Source: Clostridia bacterium (GTDB taxonomy: Bacteria > Bacillota > Clostridia > CAKSNL01 > HGM11501). Taken from it: a DNA stretch of 64,000 bases. The stretch lies in assembly GCA_045545475.1 (NCBI GenBank), contig JAZQAZ010000010.1, positions 107,590 to 171,589 on the forward strand. Reading direction: 5' to 3'. The position numbers were made by a program, and so were the translations under genes. The notes below the pieces were generated by a model. That model saw only the letters and a program-made list of their open reading frames with translations, had not been told where the DNA came from and made no database searches. Below are positions 30,697 through 41,238 of this stretch, piece after piece. Within the stretch, counting starts at the first letter, position 1, and each line of letters starts with the position of its first letter.

Positions 30697-30736
30697 GAAA
30701 AGAAACCTCAGACTTTTGTCTGAGGTTTCTTTTTTA
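30696..30736. terminator. Bidirectional terminator
   Basis: AAAGAAACCTCAGAC-TTTT-GTCTGAGGTTTCTTT. Confidence 0.8.
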
Positions 30737-31789
30737 TTCTGTAACTCTTGGAACATCCAACCATACTCCGCCTTTTTTTGCGGCTTCATGGGCTATTAAT
30801 CCGGGAATGGTCATATCCATTCCTTTTACAATGTCGATGGGGGGAGTTTTGTTATCTTCAATTGATTTAAGGAAATCTCTTACAAGGAAATATTCGCTTG
30901 TGCCGTGAGAGCCAAGAGGAATATCTGTGATACCGGGGGCAGAAGTGGCTATGTCGATTTCTATGCCTTCTTCTGGATCTTCGCCTGCGAAATAGCGTCT
31001 TCCTTTACCCTTATATCCCATTCTGCTGCTTTCCATAAAGCCTTCGGTTCCGATTATGTTATATGTACAAAGGGCGGGGTGACGAAGAGCAACGGAGCTT
31101 CTCGCCATTTTAATTGTTGCACCCTTTGCGGTTTCAAAAAGAGCCACCTGTATGTCTATATTTCCGTCGGTTGCAACGGGGAAGCTTCGTGACTCTGTTC
31201 CTGATGCTGTACATCTTACAATGTGGTCGTCCATCCACATAAGAATGGGGCCTAAGCTGTGGGAGCAATAGTGAAGCGGTGCACGGTTTGCACGCCACTT
31301 TCCGTCAACGAGGCTTCTTATTTCGTGAACATAGTCTGCCTCTGCGTAGAAGGGAGTTCCGATTTTGCCTGCCTTTATATTCTTATCCCATTCCAGGGCA
31401 AACTGCATATAGCAGCAGTTTTCTGCCAGCATAAATTTGGCTTTTGACTTTCTTACCGCATCAACCATTTTAATACAGCTTTCAACTGAATCTGATGCAG
31501 TAACTTCACAAAGCACGTGTTTTCCTGCTTCCAAGGCTTTTATGGATTGCTCCGCATGGAAGGGAATGGGAGTACCGATTACGACAATGTTAGCATCGGT
31601 GTTTAATATATCATCATATTCTGTGAACAGTGCAGTATCAGGCAAGTTGAATTCCTTGCCGTTCTTCTCTAAAGAGGCACTATCCATATCGCATAGAGCG
31701 ACAACTTCGGTGTCAGGATGGTTTGAAAATATGTGACCGTAAGCGGTTCCACGTCCAACGCCAACCATGGCTACCTTATACTTTTTCAT
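30734..31789 (-). CDS. Gfo/Idh/MocA oxidoreductase
   Basis: VAMVGVGRG, TP..FH, AGKHVLCE. Confidence 0.9.
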   Translation of the reverse strand: MKKYKVAMVGVGRGTAYGHIFSNHPDTEVVALCDMDSASLEKNGKEFNLPDTALFTEYDDILNTDANIVVIGTPIPFHAEQSIKALEAGKHVLCEVTASDSVESCIKMVDAVRKSKAKFMLAENCCYMQFALEWDKNIKAGKIGTPFYAEADYVHEIRSLVDGKWRANRAPLHYCSHSLGPILMWMDDHIVRCTASGTESRSFPVATDGNIDIQVALFETAKGATIKMARSSVALRHPALCTYNIIGTEGFMESSRMGYKGKGRRYFAGEDPEEGIEIDIATSAPGITDIPLGSHGTSEYFLVRDFLKSIEDNKTPPIDIVKGMDMTIPGLIAHEAAKKGGVWLDVPRVTE

Positions 31790-31891
31790 TAAATCATCTC
31801 CTTTTATAACATAATAACATGTTTTTGTTGACTTGTTAATGCAATTATGTTAGAATTTACATGTAAAATGTTGAGTAAACGGAGAGAGGAT

Positions 31892-32725
31892 ATGAAGAAA
31901 GTAAAGTCGGTCAAGGAGTTTGATATATCTTTGCGAAACTGCGGAAAAGACAGATATATTGCCAAAGGACATGTATTCGGGCCGATAATAAGCGGAGATT
32001 ATATAATGCAGTACTGTTTTGCGGGATGCGGAGTTTTCAAAGTGGATGGAAAAAGCTTTCCTGTAAAAAAGGGAGAATGCATGGTAACATTTCCCGGACA
32101 GCAAAGAATCGAAACAGCGGATGAAGAAACTCCATGGAGGCACATATGGTTAAGCTTTGAAGGGGAAAGTGCAAGACGATTTTTTTCCCTGCTTGGTACA
32201 AAAAATGAAAATCCGGTAATCTCATTTTTCGGACACTCTAAGATACCCTATCTTATGGAAAACATAATTGAGCTTTCTGAAAACACAGAACCAGGAGGAG
32301 AGTTTATACTTGCATCCAAGCTTTATGAGTTCCTTGACGAGTGTATAAAAGCAAGAAGCAATAACGAAGGCTCTCTTAAAGCAAAGGATATGTATGTTTC
32401 ACATGCAATAAATTATCTTGAACTTCATTTTACGGAGTTTGACATAAGAGTTGAGAAACTTGCAGAACATATAGGTATCGACAGAAGCTATTTTTATGGG
32501 ATATTTAAGGAAATAACGGGGGTATCACCAAAAGAATATCTTACGGAATTAAGAATGAAAAAGGCATCTGAGCTTCTTAAAATCCCGGGAGCAACGGTAA
32601 CTAACGTAGCCTATTCCGTAGGCTATGAGCCTTCGGTTTTCACTAAGGCATTTAAGAATTATTATGGAATTAATCCTTCGGAATGCATAGAAAAGACGGT
32701 TAAAGGAGACGGAATTTATGGATAA
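31892..32725 (+). CDS. AraC-family transcriptional regulator
   Basis: Cupin-like N-terminus and C-terminal HTH (IDRSYFYGIFKEITGVSP); likely start MKKVKS. Confidence 0.9.
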   Translation: MKKVKSVKEFDISLRNCGKDRYIAKGHVFGPIISGDYIMQYCFAGCGVFKVDGKSFPVKKGECMVTFPGQQRIETADEETPWRHIWLSFEGESARRFFSLLGTKNENPVISFFGHSKIPYLMENIIELSENTEPGGEFILASKLYEFLDECIKARSNNEGSLKAKDMYVSHAINYLELHFTEFDIRVEKLAEHIGIDRSYFYGIFKEITGVSPKEYLTELRMKKASELLKIPGATVTNVAYSVGYEPSVFTKAFKNYYGINPSECIEKTVKGDGIYG

Positions 32726-33914
32726 AAAAATATGGAAATATATGATGGATAACTTATTTTCGGATGAAACTAAGCTTTTTTACGATTACATAGTGCCTGA
32801 AAAACGGGGAGATTTTAAAAACTACCTTCCTTCGCCTGAGTTTATAAAGAAGTGCATCCCCAGTCCTACCGGCTGGGGAACCGGCATGGAGGACTCGGTA
32901 ATTAACGGAAGTGTTATGCTGGATTCGGCACTTCTTGCTTACGAAGTAACAAAGGAAGAAGCTTTTTTAGTTAAGGCAAGGGATTTTTTTAAGGGGCTTA
33001 AGCTTTGTGCAACAATATCTGAAAGCGAAGGATTTCTTGCAAGAAGTGTTTCGCCATTTGACGGAAAAAGCCACTATATTGACTCTTCCAGAGATCAGTA
33101 TACCCATTATGTAGCATCCGCAGCAAAATATTACGAAAGCGGAAAAGCGAAGGAGGACGAAATAAAAGCAATAAAGGAAACACTTTTATCATTTGCACGT
33201 CGGGCAAGAGCCAATGTAACTGAAGAAAATAAATGGAATATGCTTCGTGAAGACGGAGGGCAGGGCTTTGTTACAGCACTCTGGAATGCAGCACCCCACG
33301 AAATGATGCGCCTTCCCATGATTTATCTTGCGGCATGGAAAATTTCAGGTGACGAAAGCTTTAAGGAAGATTACTTAAAATACAGAGATTTGGGAATGGA
33401 TGAATCGGAAAAGATTGTATACCGGGATAATATGCGTCCCTTTGCCTTTGGTCAGATGCAGCTTTCATTAAGATTCTGCTATGATTATGATGAGGATTCG
33501 GCTTTTCGTGAAAGATGCTATAAGCTAATGAAGCAAAACGCCGATTACGGATTTAATAAAGTATTGGAATGTGCGAAAGAAAATCTTACGGAAGAAAACA
33601 GAGAAATTATACATACAAAGGCAACTGCGTGGAATGAAACTCCTGCATGGTTTAACGGCTATTTATCGGATTATGCCTACTATGTCCCCATGCACTTTAA
33701 GTCTCTTTTTGCCGCCGGATTGAAGGGGGCGTGGCATATAAGAGATATTGGAGATGCCGCATCAATTTACATGAATTTACCCGGTGCAGAATATAAAAAA
33801 GAACTTTTTGATGCACTTTCAGCTGCGATTGGATATGTTGATACGGAAAAATATACATCGGATGCAGTGTGCTACCTTTTAACACCCTACTATAAACTTT
33901 TGTTGGTAAAATAA
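32718..33914 (+). CDS. Hypothetical protein, possibly alpha/alpha-barrel glycosidase-like
   Basis: 398-aa ORF overlapping the AraC gene; GWGTGMED and SSRDQYTH motifs. Confidence 0.7.
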   Translation: MDKKIWKYMMDNLFSDETKLFYDYIVPEKRGDFKNYLPSPEFIKKCIPSPTGWGTGMEDSVINGSVMLDSALLAYEVTKEEAFLVKARDFFKGLKLCATISESEGFLARSVSPFDGKSHYIDSSRDQYTHYVASAAKYYESGKAKEDEIKAIKETLLSFARRARANVTEENKWNMLREDGGQGFVTALWNAAPHEMMRLPMIYLAAWKISGDESFKEDYLKYRDLGMDESEKIVYRDNMRPFAFGQMQLSLRFCYDYDEDSAFRERCYKLMKQNADYGFNKVLECAKENLTEENREIIHTKATAWNETPAWFNGYLSDYAYYVPMHFKSLFAAGLKGAWHIRDIGDAASIYMNLPGAEYKKELFDALSAAIGYVDTEKYTSDAVCYLLTPYYKLLLVK

Positions 33915-33917
33915 ATA

Positions 33918-33946
33918 TTGACAAAATTAAAGCATATAGCTATAAT
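33918..33946 (+). promoter_or_regulatory. Consensus sigma-A promoter of the retron
   Basis: TTGACA-17-TATAAT. Confidence 0.85.
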
Positions 33947-33969
33947 ATTGTCACGTTTGTTTATTTTAA

Positions 33970-34144
33970 GCAGAGCATTAGTGTATGTCAAACCTTGTTT
34001 GACGCCTCGGGCGAGTCGCCCCGGGTTACATAAAAATAAAAAAAGTCACTTCGTTCCATCCATGTGGTGCCGCTGTAATATTGCCCACTTCATGGGCCGA
34101 AAGTTACAGCTTACCACAAAAGATTTTCTCATGTTTTGCTCTGC
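33970..34144 (+). ncRNA. Retron msr-msd ncRNA
   Basis: Terminal inverted repeat GCAGAGCA (33970-77) / TGCTCTGC (34137-44); TTAG after the 5' arm gives a candidate branching G at 33981; msr hairpins GTCAAAC/GTTTGAC and GGGCG/CGCCC; long msd hairpin at 34063-34118. Confidence 0.85.
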
Positions 34145-34168
34145 GAAAAGGAAGGAGGAAAGCTTAAT

Positions 34169-35092
34169 ATGATAGTTTATAAGGAGCTTTCCTCCTTAAC
34201 AACGGATCTCGGGTTTTCTGCAAGGACGCTTTATTCCGTGGCAAGAAGGGTGAGAAAGCATTACCATGAGGTATCAATTCCAAAAAAAGACGGCACGGAA
34301 AGAAAACTTTCTGTTCCGGACGAGCTTCTAAAAAGAATACAGCGGAGAATTGCGGAAAAAATCCTCATGTACGAAGACATATCACCTTACGCCACCGCAT
34401 ACAGAGTTTGTGCTTCTACTCTTATTAATGCAAAGGCACATCTTGACAAAAAGTGTATATTAAAGCTTGATATAAATCACTTCTTTGATTCCATAATCTT
34501 CCCGGTGGTAAAAAATAAGGTTTTCACCGAGGAAAAATATTCCTATGCCAACAGAATATTGCTTACGGCTCTTTGCATTTATGAGGATTCTGTTCCTCAG
34601 GGTGCACCTACTTCGCCTGTTATATCTAATATAATTTTAAGGGAGTTTGATTTTCATATGGGCTCTTGGTGCAGTGAGCGTGGAATTACATACACCAGAT
34701 ACTGCGACGATATGACTTTTTCGGGAGAATTTGAAGCCGGAGAGGTTATTAAAGAGGTTGAGGATGCACTTGCAAAAGAAGGTTTTTACTTAAACAGGAA
34801 AAAGACGGCTTTTCTTAAAGATGGGCAAAGGAAGGAAGTTACCGGAATAGTTGTTAATGACAAAGTATCCGTTCCTAAGGAGTATCGCAGAAAAATACGG
34901 AGTGAAGTTCATTATATCAAAAAATTCGGAATTGACTCCCATCTTTCTCATATAGGCTGTAACACGGATAAAGTGAAATATCTTATGAGTCTTTTTGGAA
35001 AAATCAACTATGCTCTTTCGGTTTCTCCTGATAATGCAGAAATGAAAAATTGTAAAAAAATAATAGGGAAAATATTATATAAGCTTAAATAA
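34169..35092 (+). CDS. Retron-type reverse transcriptase
   Basis: IPKKDG..R, NAKAH (region X), LDI..FF, PQGAPTSP, YTRYCDD, VTG (region Y); AAGGAGG RBS. Confidence 0.93.
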   Translation: MIVYKELSSLTTDLGFSARTLYSVARRVRKHYHEVSIPKKDGTERKLSVPDELLKRIQRRIAEKILMYEDISPYATAYRVCASTLINAKAHLDKKCILKLDINHFFDSIIFPVVKNKVFTEEKYSYANRILLTALCIYEDSVPQGAPTSPVISNIILREFDFHMGSWCSERGITYTRYCDDMTFSGEFEAGEVIKEVEDALAKEGFYLNRKKTAFLKDGQRKEVTGIVVNDKVSVPKEYRRKIRSEVHYIKKFGIDSHLSHIGCNTDKVKYLMSLFGKINYALSVSPDNAEMKNCKKIIGKILYKLK

Positions 35093-35118
35093 GCGGATGC
35101 ATTTGCATTCGCTTATTA
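35088..35118 (+). terminator. Terminator closing the retron
   Basis: AATAAGCGGATGC-ATTT-GCATTCGCTTATT. Confidence 0.7.
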
Positions 35119-35213
35119 ATTTTAAAAGTGAACTATATTACCAAATTTTGCAATATAAGGCGTTGACTTGGAATTTACATCGTGTTAAAATGTAACCTAA
35201 GGAGGCGTTTTTT

Positions 35214-36128
35214 ATGAAACTTGCAACAACACTTGGCGATTTCAGAGGATACTGCAATACTTATGAAGAAAGGGTGAAGCATGTATGCGAAGCAGGATTT
35301 TTATATCTTGACCTTGATTTGTATACGGCAGACAAAAATGATGCACTTTTAGTAAGCGACAACTGGAAGGAAAATGCAAAAAGCTTAAAGTCTTATGCAG
35401 AAAGCCTTGGAGCCACCTTTATTCAGGCGCATTCTCCCGGAGGAAACCCGCTTGAGAAAGGAGAAAAGTTTGATTATCTGCTTAAAACTACAATCCGCTC
35501 CATTGAAGTCTGCGGTGAAATGGGAATAAAGAATACGGTTGTTCACGCAGGGATGCTTAAGGAAATTTCCAAAGAAGAGTATTTTGAAAGGAACAGAGAA
35601 TTTTTCAGAAAGCTTATCCCCACAATGGAAAAATGCGGTGTAAACGTGCTTTGCGAAAACAGCACAAAGGCAAATATGGGCGGGATGTATTTTACCAACA
35701 GTGGAAGCGATATGCTTGAATTTGTAAAATATGTTGACCATCCGCTTTTCCACGCCTGCTGGGACACAGGACATGCCAACTGCGAAGGAAATCAGTATGA
35801 CGAAATTATGACCTTGGGTGATGAGCTTTACGCCCTTCATGTACACGATAACAGCGGACACAGAGACGAGCATCTTATCCCATATTGCGGAACAATTAAT
35901 ATGGATGATGTTATGCACGCCCTTATCGATTCGGGTTATAAGGGATATTTTACGTTTGAGGCATCAAGCTGTCTTCGTCACAGCAGATACTGGCTCGGAA
36001 ACAGACGCGTATTTGAAAAAGATACAAGGCTTTTAGAACCTCAGCTCTTTATGCAAAAGCAGCTTGAAAAGCTGATGTTTGACACAGGTAAATACATTCT
36101 TGAAAAATATAATTTATATGAGGAGTAA
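35214..36128 (+). CDS. Sugar phosphate isomerase/epimerase (xylose isomerase-like TIM barrel)
   Basis: VVH, LCEN, CWDTGH, LHVHDN...DEH, FTFE. Confidence 0.88.
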   Translation: MKLATTLGDFRGYCNTYEERVKHVCEAGFLYLDLDLYTADKNDALLVSDNWKENAKSLKSYAESLGATFIQAHSPGGNPLEKGEKFDYLLKTTIRSIEVCGEMGIKNTVVHAGMLKEISKEEYFERNREFFRKLIPTMEKCGVNVLCENSTKANMGGMYFTNSGSDMLEFVKYVDHPLFHACWDTGHANCEGNQYDEIMTLGDELYALHVHDNSGHRDEHLIPYCGTINMDDVMHALIDSGYKGYFTFEASSCLRHSRYWLGNRRVFEKDTRLLEPQLFMQKQLEKLMFDTGKYILEKYNLYEE

Positions 36129-36132
36129 CATT

Positions 36133-37239
36133 ATGGAAAACAAAATAAACATAGTAATCGAAGAATCCATGCCCACAGCCTTTTTAAACAAGGACAGAAT
36201 TTATCAGGACGGAACAACACCTATGTACCGTGATAAGGACGGCAGCCTCTGGGCAATGAGCGGTCACTCTCATATGGGTGAAATTGCAATGTTTAAGGGA
36301 ACTAGCCTTGACGATATAAAAAAGGCATACGCCATAAACCTTAACTTCTGTGTGGGACACGCAGATTTTGCCTTTGACGGAGTACGCTATCCCGAAGGCG
36401 TAAAGGCAAGAGGAAGCATATGGCCCTTTGGTCTTTATATATGCCCTGTAACACACCGTTTTTTCTGCCTTTTCCATAATGAAACAGGCTGGAACGGTAA
36501 AGGCACCGGCTATGATGCTGAAGGATTTTGCGACACACCGAAATGCGACTGGGATTTCCGTCATGTAGGTCTTATGCACTCCGACGACGAGGGTAAAAAC
36601 TGGACCTTTGACCGCTGGGTGTTGACCTCAGAAGAGGTTTGCTTTACAGATACTTTTAATCCCGGTGCAGGAAACGTACTTGGTCAGACGGGAGATGTTT
36701 TTTCCTGCGGAAGCGGTGACTTTTCCACTTATATTGACGATGAATATATATACATTTTCTATAACATCATCCGTGCCAACAGAGCAGTTGTAAGCCTTAA
36801 AAATGTTGACGTTTATGTTGCAAGAACAAGACGTCGTGAAGATGGTATAATGGGTGACTTTGTGAAATATTATAACGGTGCATTTACAGAGCCGGGTAAC
36901 TTCGGAAAGGAAACTCCCGTTGCATATTGCTCCTGGCATCCCAGGGTAATTTACCTTGAAAAGTACGGAGTTTATTTAATGACCGCATCCTATGCCGATC
37001 CTACCGTAACAGAAAAAATGATAAAGCACGAAACACAGATGCGTATAAGCACGGATTTAGTTAACTGGGGCGAGGTTTACGTTCAGGAATATGAAGGGAA
37101 GCCCTTCGGAAATCACTATGTGGCATTGGTGTCGGATGATACGGATACACAGCCGAGCTATGCAAAGGGCGACAGAGTTTCCTTCCTTACAAACCATAAC
37201 GGAACGGACGTAACACGCTATAAGGCACATATTGAATAA
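36133..37239 (+). CDS. Hypothetical beta-propeller glycoside hydrolase-like protein
   Basis: Asp-box SDDEGKNW, FHNE, GDFS; likely start MENKIN after AGGAG. Confidence 0.65.
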   Translation: MENKINIVIEESMPTAFLNKDRIYQDGTTPMYRDKDGSLWAMSGHSHMGEIAMFKGTSLDDIKKAYAINLNFCVGHADFAFDGVRYPEGVKARGSIWPFGLYICPVTHRFFCLFHNETGWNGKGTGYDAEGFCDTPKCDWDFRHVGLMHSDDEGKNWTFDRWVLTSEEVCFTDTFNPGAGNVLGQTGDVFSCGSGDFSTYIDDEYIYIFYNIIRANRAVVSLKNVDVYVARTRRREDGIMGDFVKYYNGAFTEPGNFGKETPVAYCSWHPRVIYLEKYGVYLMTASYADPTVTEKMIKHETQMRISTDLVNWGEVYVQEYEGKPFGNHYVALVSDDTDTQPSYAKGDRVSFLTNHNGTDVTRYKAHIE

Positions 37240-37310
37240 AAAACTTTACAAAAAAGGTATACTGCTGTATAATTTAAGCAGTATACCTTTTTTTTTAAGG
37301 AGGCATTAAT

Positions 37311-40139
37311 ATGGATAAGAAACGCTTTGAAAACCCCGGCAGTGAATACCGCGCAAAACCTTTCTGGTCCTGGAACGGAAAACTTTCAAAGGAAGAGATT
37401 ATAAGACAGGTGGATATCCTTCGTGAAATGGGCTTTGGCGGCTATTTCATGCATTCCAGAGTCGGTCTTATTACAGAGTATCTCGGCGATGAGTGGTTTG
37501 ATATAATAAACGCCTGCTCCGAGTACGGTGATAAAGTGGGAATGGAAAACTGGCTTTATGATGAAGACCGCTGGCCCTCCGGCAGTGCAGGCGGAATTGT
37601 GACGGAGAATAAAGAGTATCGTCAGAAGTTTATAAGAATGAATATGAGACTTACGGATAATGCTTTCGCAGCATTTGCTTGTCGCCTTGACGGTGTAAAG
37701 GCTTTCGATATCGAGCCTTATGACAAGGAAAAAGCAAGCGATAAGGATATAATTTCCTTTGAAATTATTGAAAGACCTACAAGTCCCGAATATAACGGTA
37801 ATACATATCTTGACACAATGAAAAAGGAAGCAACTGAAGGCTTCATAAAATCCACCCACGAAAAGTATAAAAAATACTGCGGTGAAAAAATCGGAAACAG
37901 TATAAAGGGTATATTTACCGATGAACCTCACAGGGGAGAACTTATGATTTCCGTTGTAAGGGACGGTATGGATTATACCAACTGTGCTCCTTATACAGAT
38001 AATTTCTTTGAGATTTTTAAAGAGAAATGGGGCTATGATTTAAAGGAACATTTACCGGAATTGTTTTTAAAGAAAGACGGAGAAGATGTTTCCAAAGTTA
38101 AATGGCATTACTCGGAAACGGCGGCAGCTTTATTCATTGAAAATTTTGTAAAGCCAATAGGCGATTGGTGTCTTGACAATAATCTTATACTTACGGGGCA
38201 TCTTCTTCATGAAGATACCTTATCTGCAGGTGCAATTATGGCAGGCTCACTTATGCGTTGTTATGAGCATATGCAGTATCCGGGTGTTGATATTTTAGGA
38301 CAGAACAGCCATTATAACATTGTTAAACAGCTTTCCTCAGTTGCTCATCAGTGCGGAAAGAAGCATCTTTTGTCTGAGCTTTACGGTGCAACCGGCTGGG
38401 AAATGAGAATTGAAGACTATAAAAATATGGGAGACTGGCAATCACTCATGGGAATCGACTTAAGATGCCCGCACCTTTCCTGGTATACAATGATGGGTGA
38501 GTGCAAGAGAGACTATCCCGCAAGCATATTCTATCAGTCCTCCTGGTATAAGGAGTATAAGCATTTAGAAGACTATTTTGCAAGAATAGCATCCTTCTTA
38601 GGTGAGGGAGAATCCACGGCGGATGTGCTTGTTATAAGCCCTCTTGAAAGTATGTGGTGTCAGATTTATGCAGGTTGGGGCAAGTGGCTTGAAGCAACAG
38701 ATCCTGCCTGTCTTGAGCTTGAAAGAAAATATGCGGATATGTATCGCTTCCTTCTTTCAAACAATGTGGAATTTGATTATGGCGATGAAGAAATGCTTGC
38801 AAGAATGGCAAAAATTGAAAATGGCGTAATCAAGTTCGGTAATGCTGAATATAAAAAGGTAATAGTATCCGGTATGCTCACAATGAGAAGCAGTACGCTT
38901 TCGCTGCTTAAGGAATTTGAGAAAGCGGGAGGAATAGTTGCAGTCGAAGAGCTTCCTTCCTATATTGATGCTGAAAAGGCAGAATTTACATTGGGAAATG
39001 CTTCTATGGAAGATATATTAAAAGACCGCAAACTCATAGCGGATGAACCTTCCGTATTTTCTGCGGTAAAGAAAGAAAAAGACGGAACATACCTTGTTGC
39101 ACTTCTTAACATGGATACAGAGTCAGGTAAAACTTTCAAATGTACTTTCCCGGAAGGAATACTTACCGAGTGGTGTCCTGAAAGCGGAAAAGTGAAAAAT
39201 GTAAGCTTTACGGGCGAAATCACCCTTGAAGCAGGCGAAATGAGGCTTTTTACCGTGGGTAAAGCATTTGAAGCTGAAGCATCAAATGAGGAAAGCCTTC
39301 CGGAAATAATGCTTTCCAATGAATTTACATATAGACTCGATGAACCGAATGTGCTTGTGGTGGAAAAGGCAAAATGCCTTGCAGAAGGCGAAGAATTTGA
39401 GGATGATATCCTCAAAATTGACAGGTATCTCCGAGATAAAGCAGGTATTCCTTACCGTGGCGGAGCAATGTATCAGCCGTGGTACACGGCTAAAAATCCC
39501 ACAGTAGAATATTTCCCCTTTGAACTTACTTATTCCTTTACATCCGAGATTGAAACAGAAGGCTATATCGCCTCAGAATGGGATGAAGCGAAGGTAAACG
39601 GAAAGAATGTTACTTTTACGGATGACTGGTGGGTTGATCCTTGCTTCAGAAAAGCAAAAATCAAAATCGAAAAGGGAATTAACACCGTTACGGTCAAGGG
39701 GATTTATACAGAAAAGGTAAACCTTGAAGCTATATATATTCTTGGAGACTTTGGCGTATTTGACGGAGTTATAAAAGAAAGTCCTGAAAAAATCACTTAT
39801 GGTGATATAACCAAGCAGGGATTTACGCTTTACGGAGGAAAAATCACATATATTTTCAATCAGAAGGTAGAAAAAAAATCAAGCCTTACCTTAAGCTCTA
39901 TGGGAAATGCATCGGCAATACGCGTAAACGGCAAAGTTCTTGCATGGAAACCTTATAGAGTCGAGGTTGAACCTTGCGATAAAATCGAAATTGAACTTTC
40001 GCTTACAAGAAGAAATACCTTCGGACCTTTGCACAGAGTTCCTTTCAGAAAGGGCGGAGGCCCCGACGGATTTGTTACATACAATAATGCGTGGAGCGAC
40101 GATTTTATTACAATGCCCTGCGGTCTTGAAAAACAATAA
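37311..40139 (+). CDS. GH106-like (alpha-L-rhamnosidase family) glycoside hydrolase
   Basis: PFWSWNG, WLYDEDRWPSGSAGG, FTDEP, PGVD, SELYG. Confidence 0.8.
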   Translation: MDKKRFENPGSEYRAKPFWSWNGKLSKEEIIRQVDILREMGFGGYFMHSRVGLITEYLGDEWFDIINACSEYGDKVGMENWLYDEDRWPSGSAGGIVTENKEYRQKFIRMNMRLTDNAFAAFACRLDGVKAFDIEPYDKEKASDKDIISFEIIERPTSPEYNGNTYLDTMKKEATEGFIKSTHEKYKKYCGEKIGNSIKGIFTDEPHRGELMISVVRDGMDYTNCAPYTDNFFEIFKEKWGYDLKEHLPELFLKKDGEDVSKVKWHYSETAAALFIENFVKPIGDWCLDNNLILTGHLLHEDTLSAGAIMAGSLMRCYEHMQYPGVDILGQNSHYNIVKQLSSVAHQCGKKHLLSELYGATGWEMRIEDYKNMGDWQSLMGIDLRCPHLSWYTMMGECKRDYPASIFYQSSWYKEYKHLEDYFARIASFLGEGESTADVLVISPLESMWCQIYAGWGKWLEATDPACLELERKYADMYRFLLSNNVEFDYGDEEMLARMAKIENGVIKFGNAEYKKVIVSGMLTMRSSTLSLLKEFEKAGGIVAVEELPSYIDAEKAEFTLGNASMEDILKDRKLIADEPSVFSAVKKEKDGTYLVALLNMDTESGKTFKCTFPEGILTEWCPESGKVKNVSFTGEITLEAGEMRLFTVGKAFEAEASNEESLPEIMLSNEFTYRLDEPNVLVVEKAKCLAEGEEFEDDILKIDRYLRDKAGIPYRGGAMYQPWYTAKNPTVEYFPFELTYSFTSEIETEGYIASEWDEAKVNGKNVTFTDDWWVDPCFRKAKIKIEKGINTVTVKGIYTEKVNLEAIYILGDFGVFDGVIKESPEKITYGDITKQGFTLYGGKITYIFNQKVEKKSSLTLSSMGNASAIRVNGKVLAWKPYRVEVEPCDKIEIELSLTRRNTFGPLHRVPFRKGGGPDGFVTYNNAWSDDFITMPCGLEKQ

Positions 40140-40158
40140 TAAAAAAAGCCATGAAAAC

Positions 40159-41085
40159 TCAGTTTTTCATGGCTTTTTTATATTCGCTTGGAGACATTCC
40201 GGTCTCTTGTTTAAAATGCTTGTAAAATGTATTCATATCCCTATAACCTGCTTCCTCGGCAATTTCTGTAATGGGGCGATCCGTTGCACCTAAAACTCCG
40301 CAGCTAAGGTTTATTCGCAAGTTTCGTAAATAGTCTGTAAAGGTTTGTCCCGTAACTGTTTTAAATCGTCTTGAAAGATACTGCCTGCTTAATCCTTCCT
40401 TTTCGGCAAACTTGTTTATGGAAAGATCCGGCACCTTTATGTTTTCCTTTCCGTACTGCAAAACTCTCAGTATCAAATCGTCACGGGATTTTACATCCCT
40501 GTCTGTGATCTGACGCATTGCATGGATTATTATTTCATTTAAGTGGCTTCTTAAAATTTCTTCACTTCCGATATCTGAAGAATCATATTCTTTAATCATA
40601 TCTTCAAGCAGGTTTCTTATCCTTTTCTGCTTGTCGTCCTTAAAAACAAAGCGCCCCGGGTCTGCATTAAGCATACCTTTAAGGAAATAAAAGGGATGGG
40701 AGGCCAGACACTCTCCGAGGTCACGGCAGGAATCAAGCATTGGGTTTAAAAAACGGGGGAGAAAGGCACAGTTTATTATGTAAGCTGTTTTTCCCGAATG
40801 TAGCTTGTACTGATGAACATCATCGTAGTTTACAAATATAAAATCTCCCTTACCCAACATAACTCGTTCGTCACCGATATAATGAACCATCTTTCCGCTT
40901 ATTACATAGGCAAGCTCGATATAGTCGTGGTTGTGCTTGGCGGAGTCATACTGAAGCCAGTGGAAGACGCAGATATTTTTAACCTTGTTGTCCCTTGAAA
41001 TATAATTCTGCCTTTGAATATGGTAGCTTGGTTCATTGGTAAAATAGTTTCTTTCCCAGGATAATCTTAAGTTTTTCTGCCTCAT
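40159..41085 (-). CDS. AraC-family regulator (cupin + HTH)
   Basis: HNHDYIEL; YLSRRFK..TG; GYRDMNTFYKHFK. Confidence 0.9.
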   Translation of the reverse strand: MRQKNLRLSWERNYFTNEPSYHIQRQNYISRDNKVKNICVFHWLQYDSAKHNHDYIELAYVISGKMVHYIGDERVMLGKGDFIFVNYDDVHQYKLHSGKTAYIINCAFLPRFLNPMLDSCRDLGECLASHPFYFLKGMLNADPGRFVFKDDKQKRIRNLLEDMIKEYDSSDIGSEEILRSHLNEIIIHAMRQITDRDVKSRDDLILRVLQYGKENIKVPDLSINKFAEKEGLSRQYLSRRFKTVTGQTFTDYLRNLRINLSCGVLGATDRPITEIAEEAGYRDMNTFYKHFKQETGMSPSEYKKAMKN

Positions 41086-41238
41086 AAAATCGCCTCCTTA
41101 TGTTATTATATTTGGCAATTTTATAAAAGTCAATATAAAAGTTTACAAATGCACTATAAATTTGATACAAAAACGTATTGCATTATAATTTATGTTCATT
41201 TAAAATAAAATTATTCAAAAAGAAAGGACGGAAAAACA

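Noticed and set aside
33918-34172. 84-aa ORF as a possible retron effector
   Set aside because: It begins at the TTG of the -35 box, upstream of the transcription start, and runs across msr-msd.
34169-35092. Group II intron or DGR reverse transcriptase
   Set aside because: Short RT with retron-specific NAxxH and VTG motifs; no maturase domain and no template/variable repeat pair was seen.
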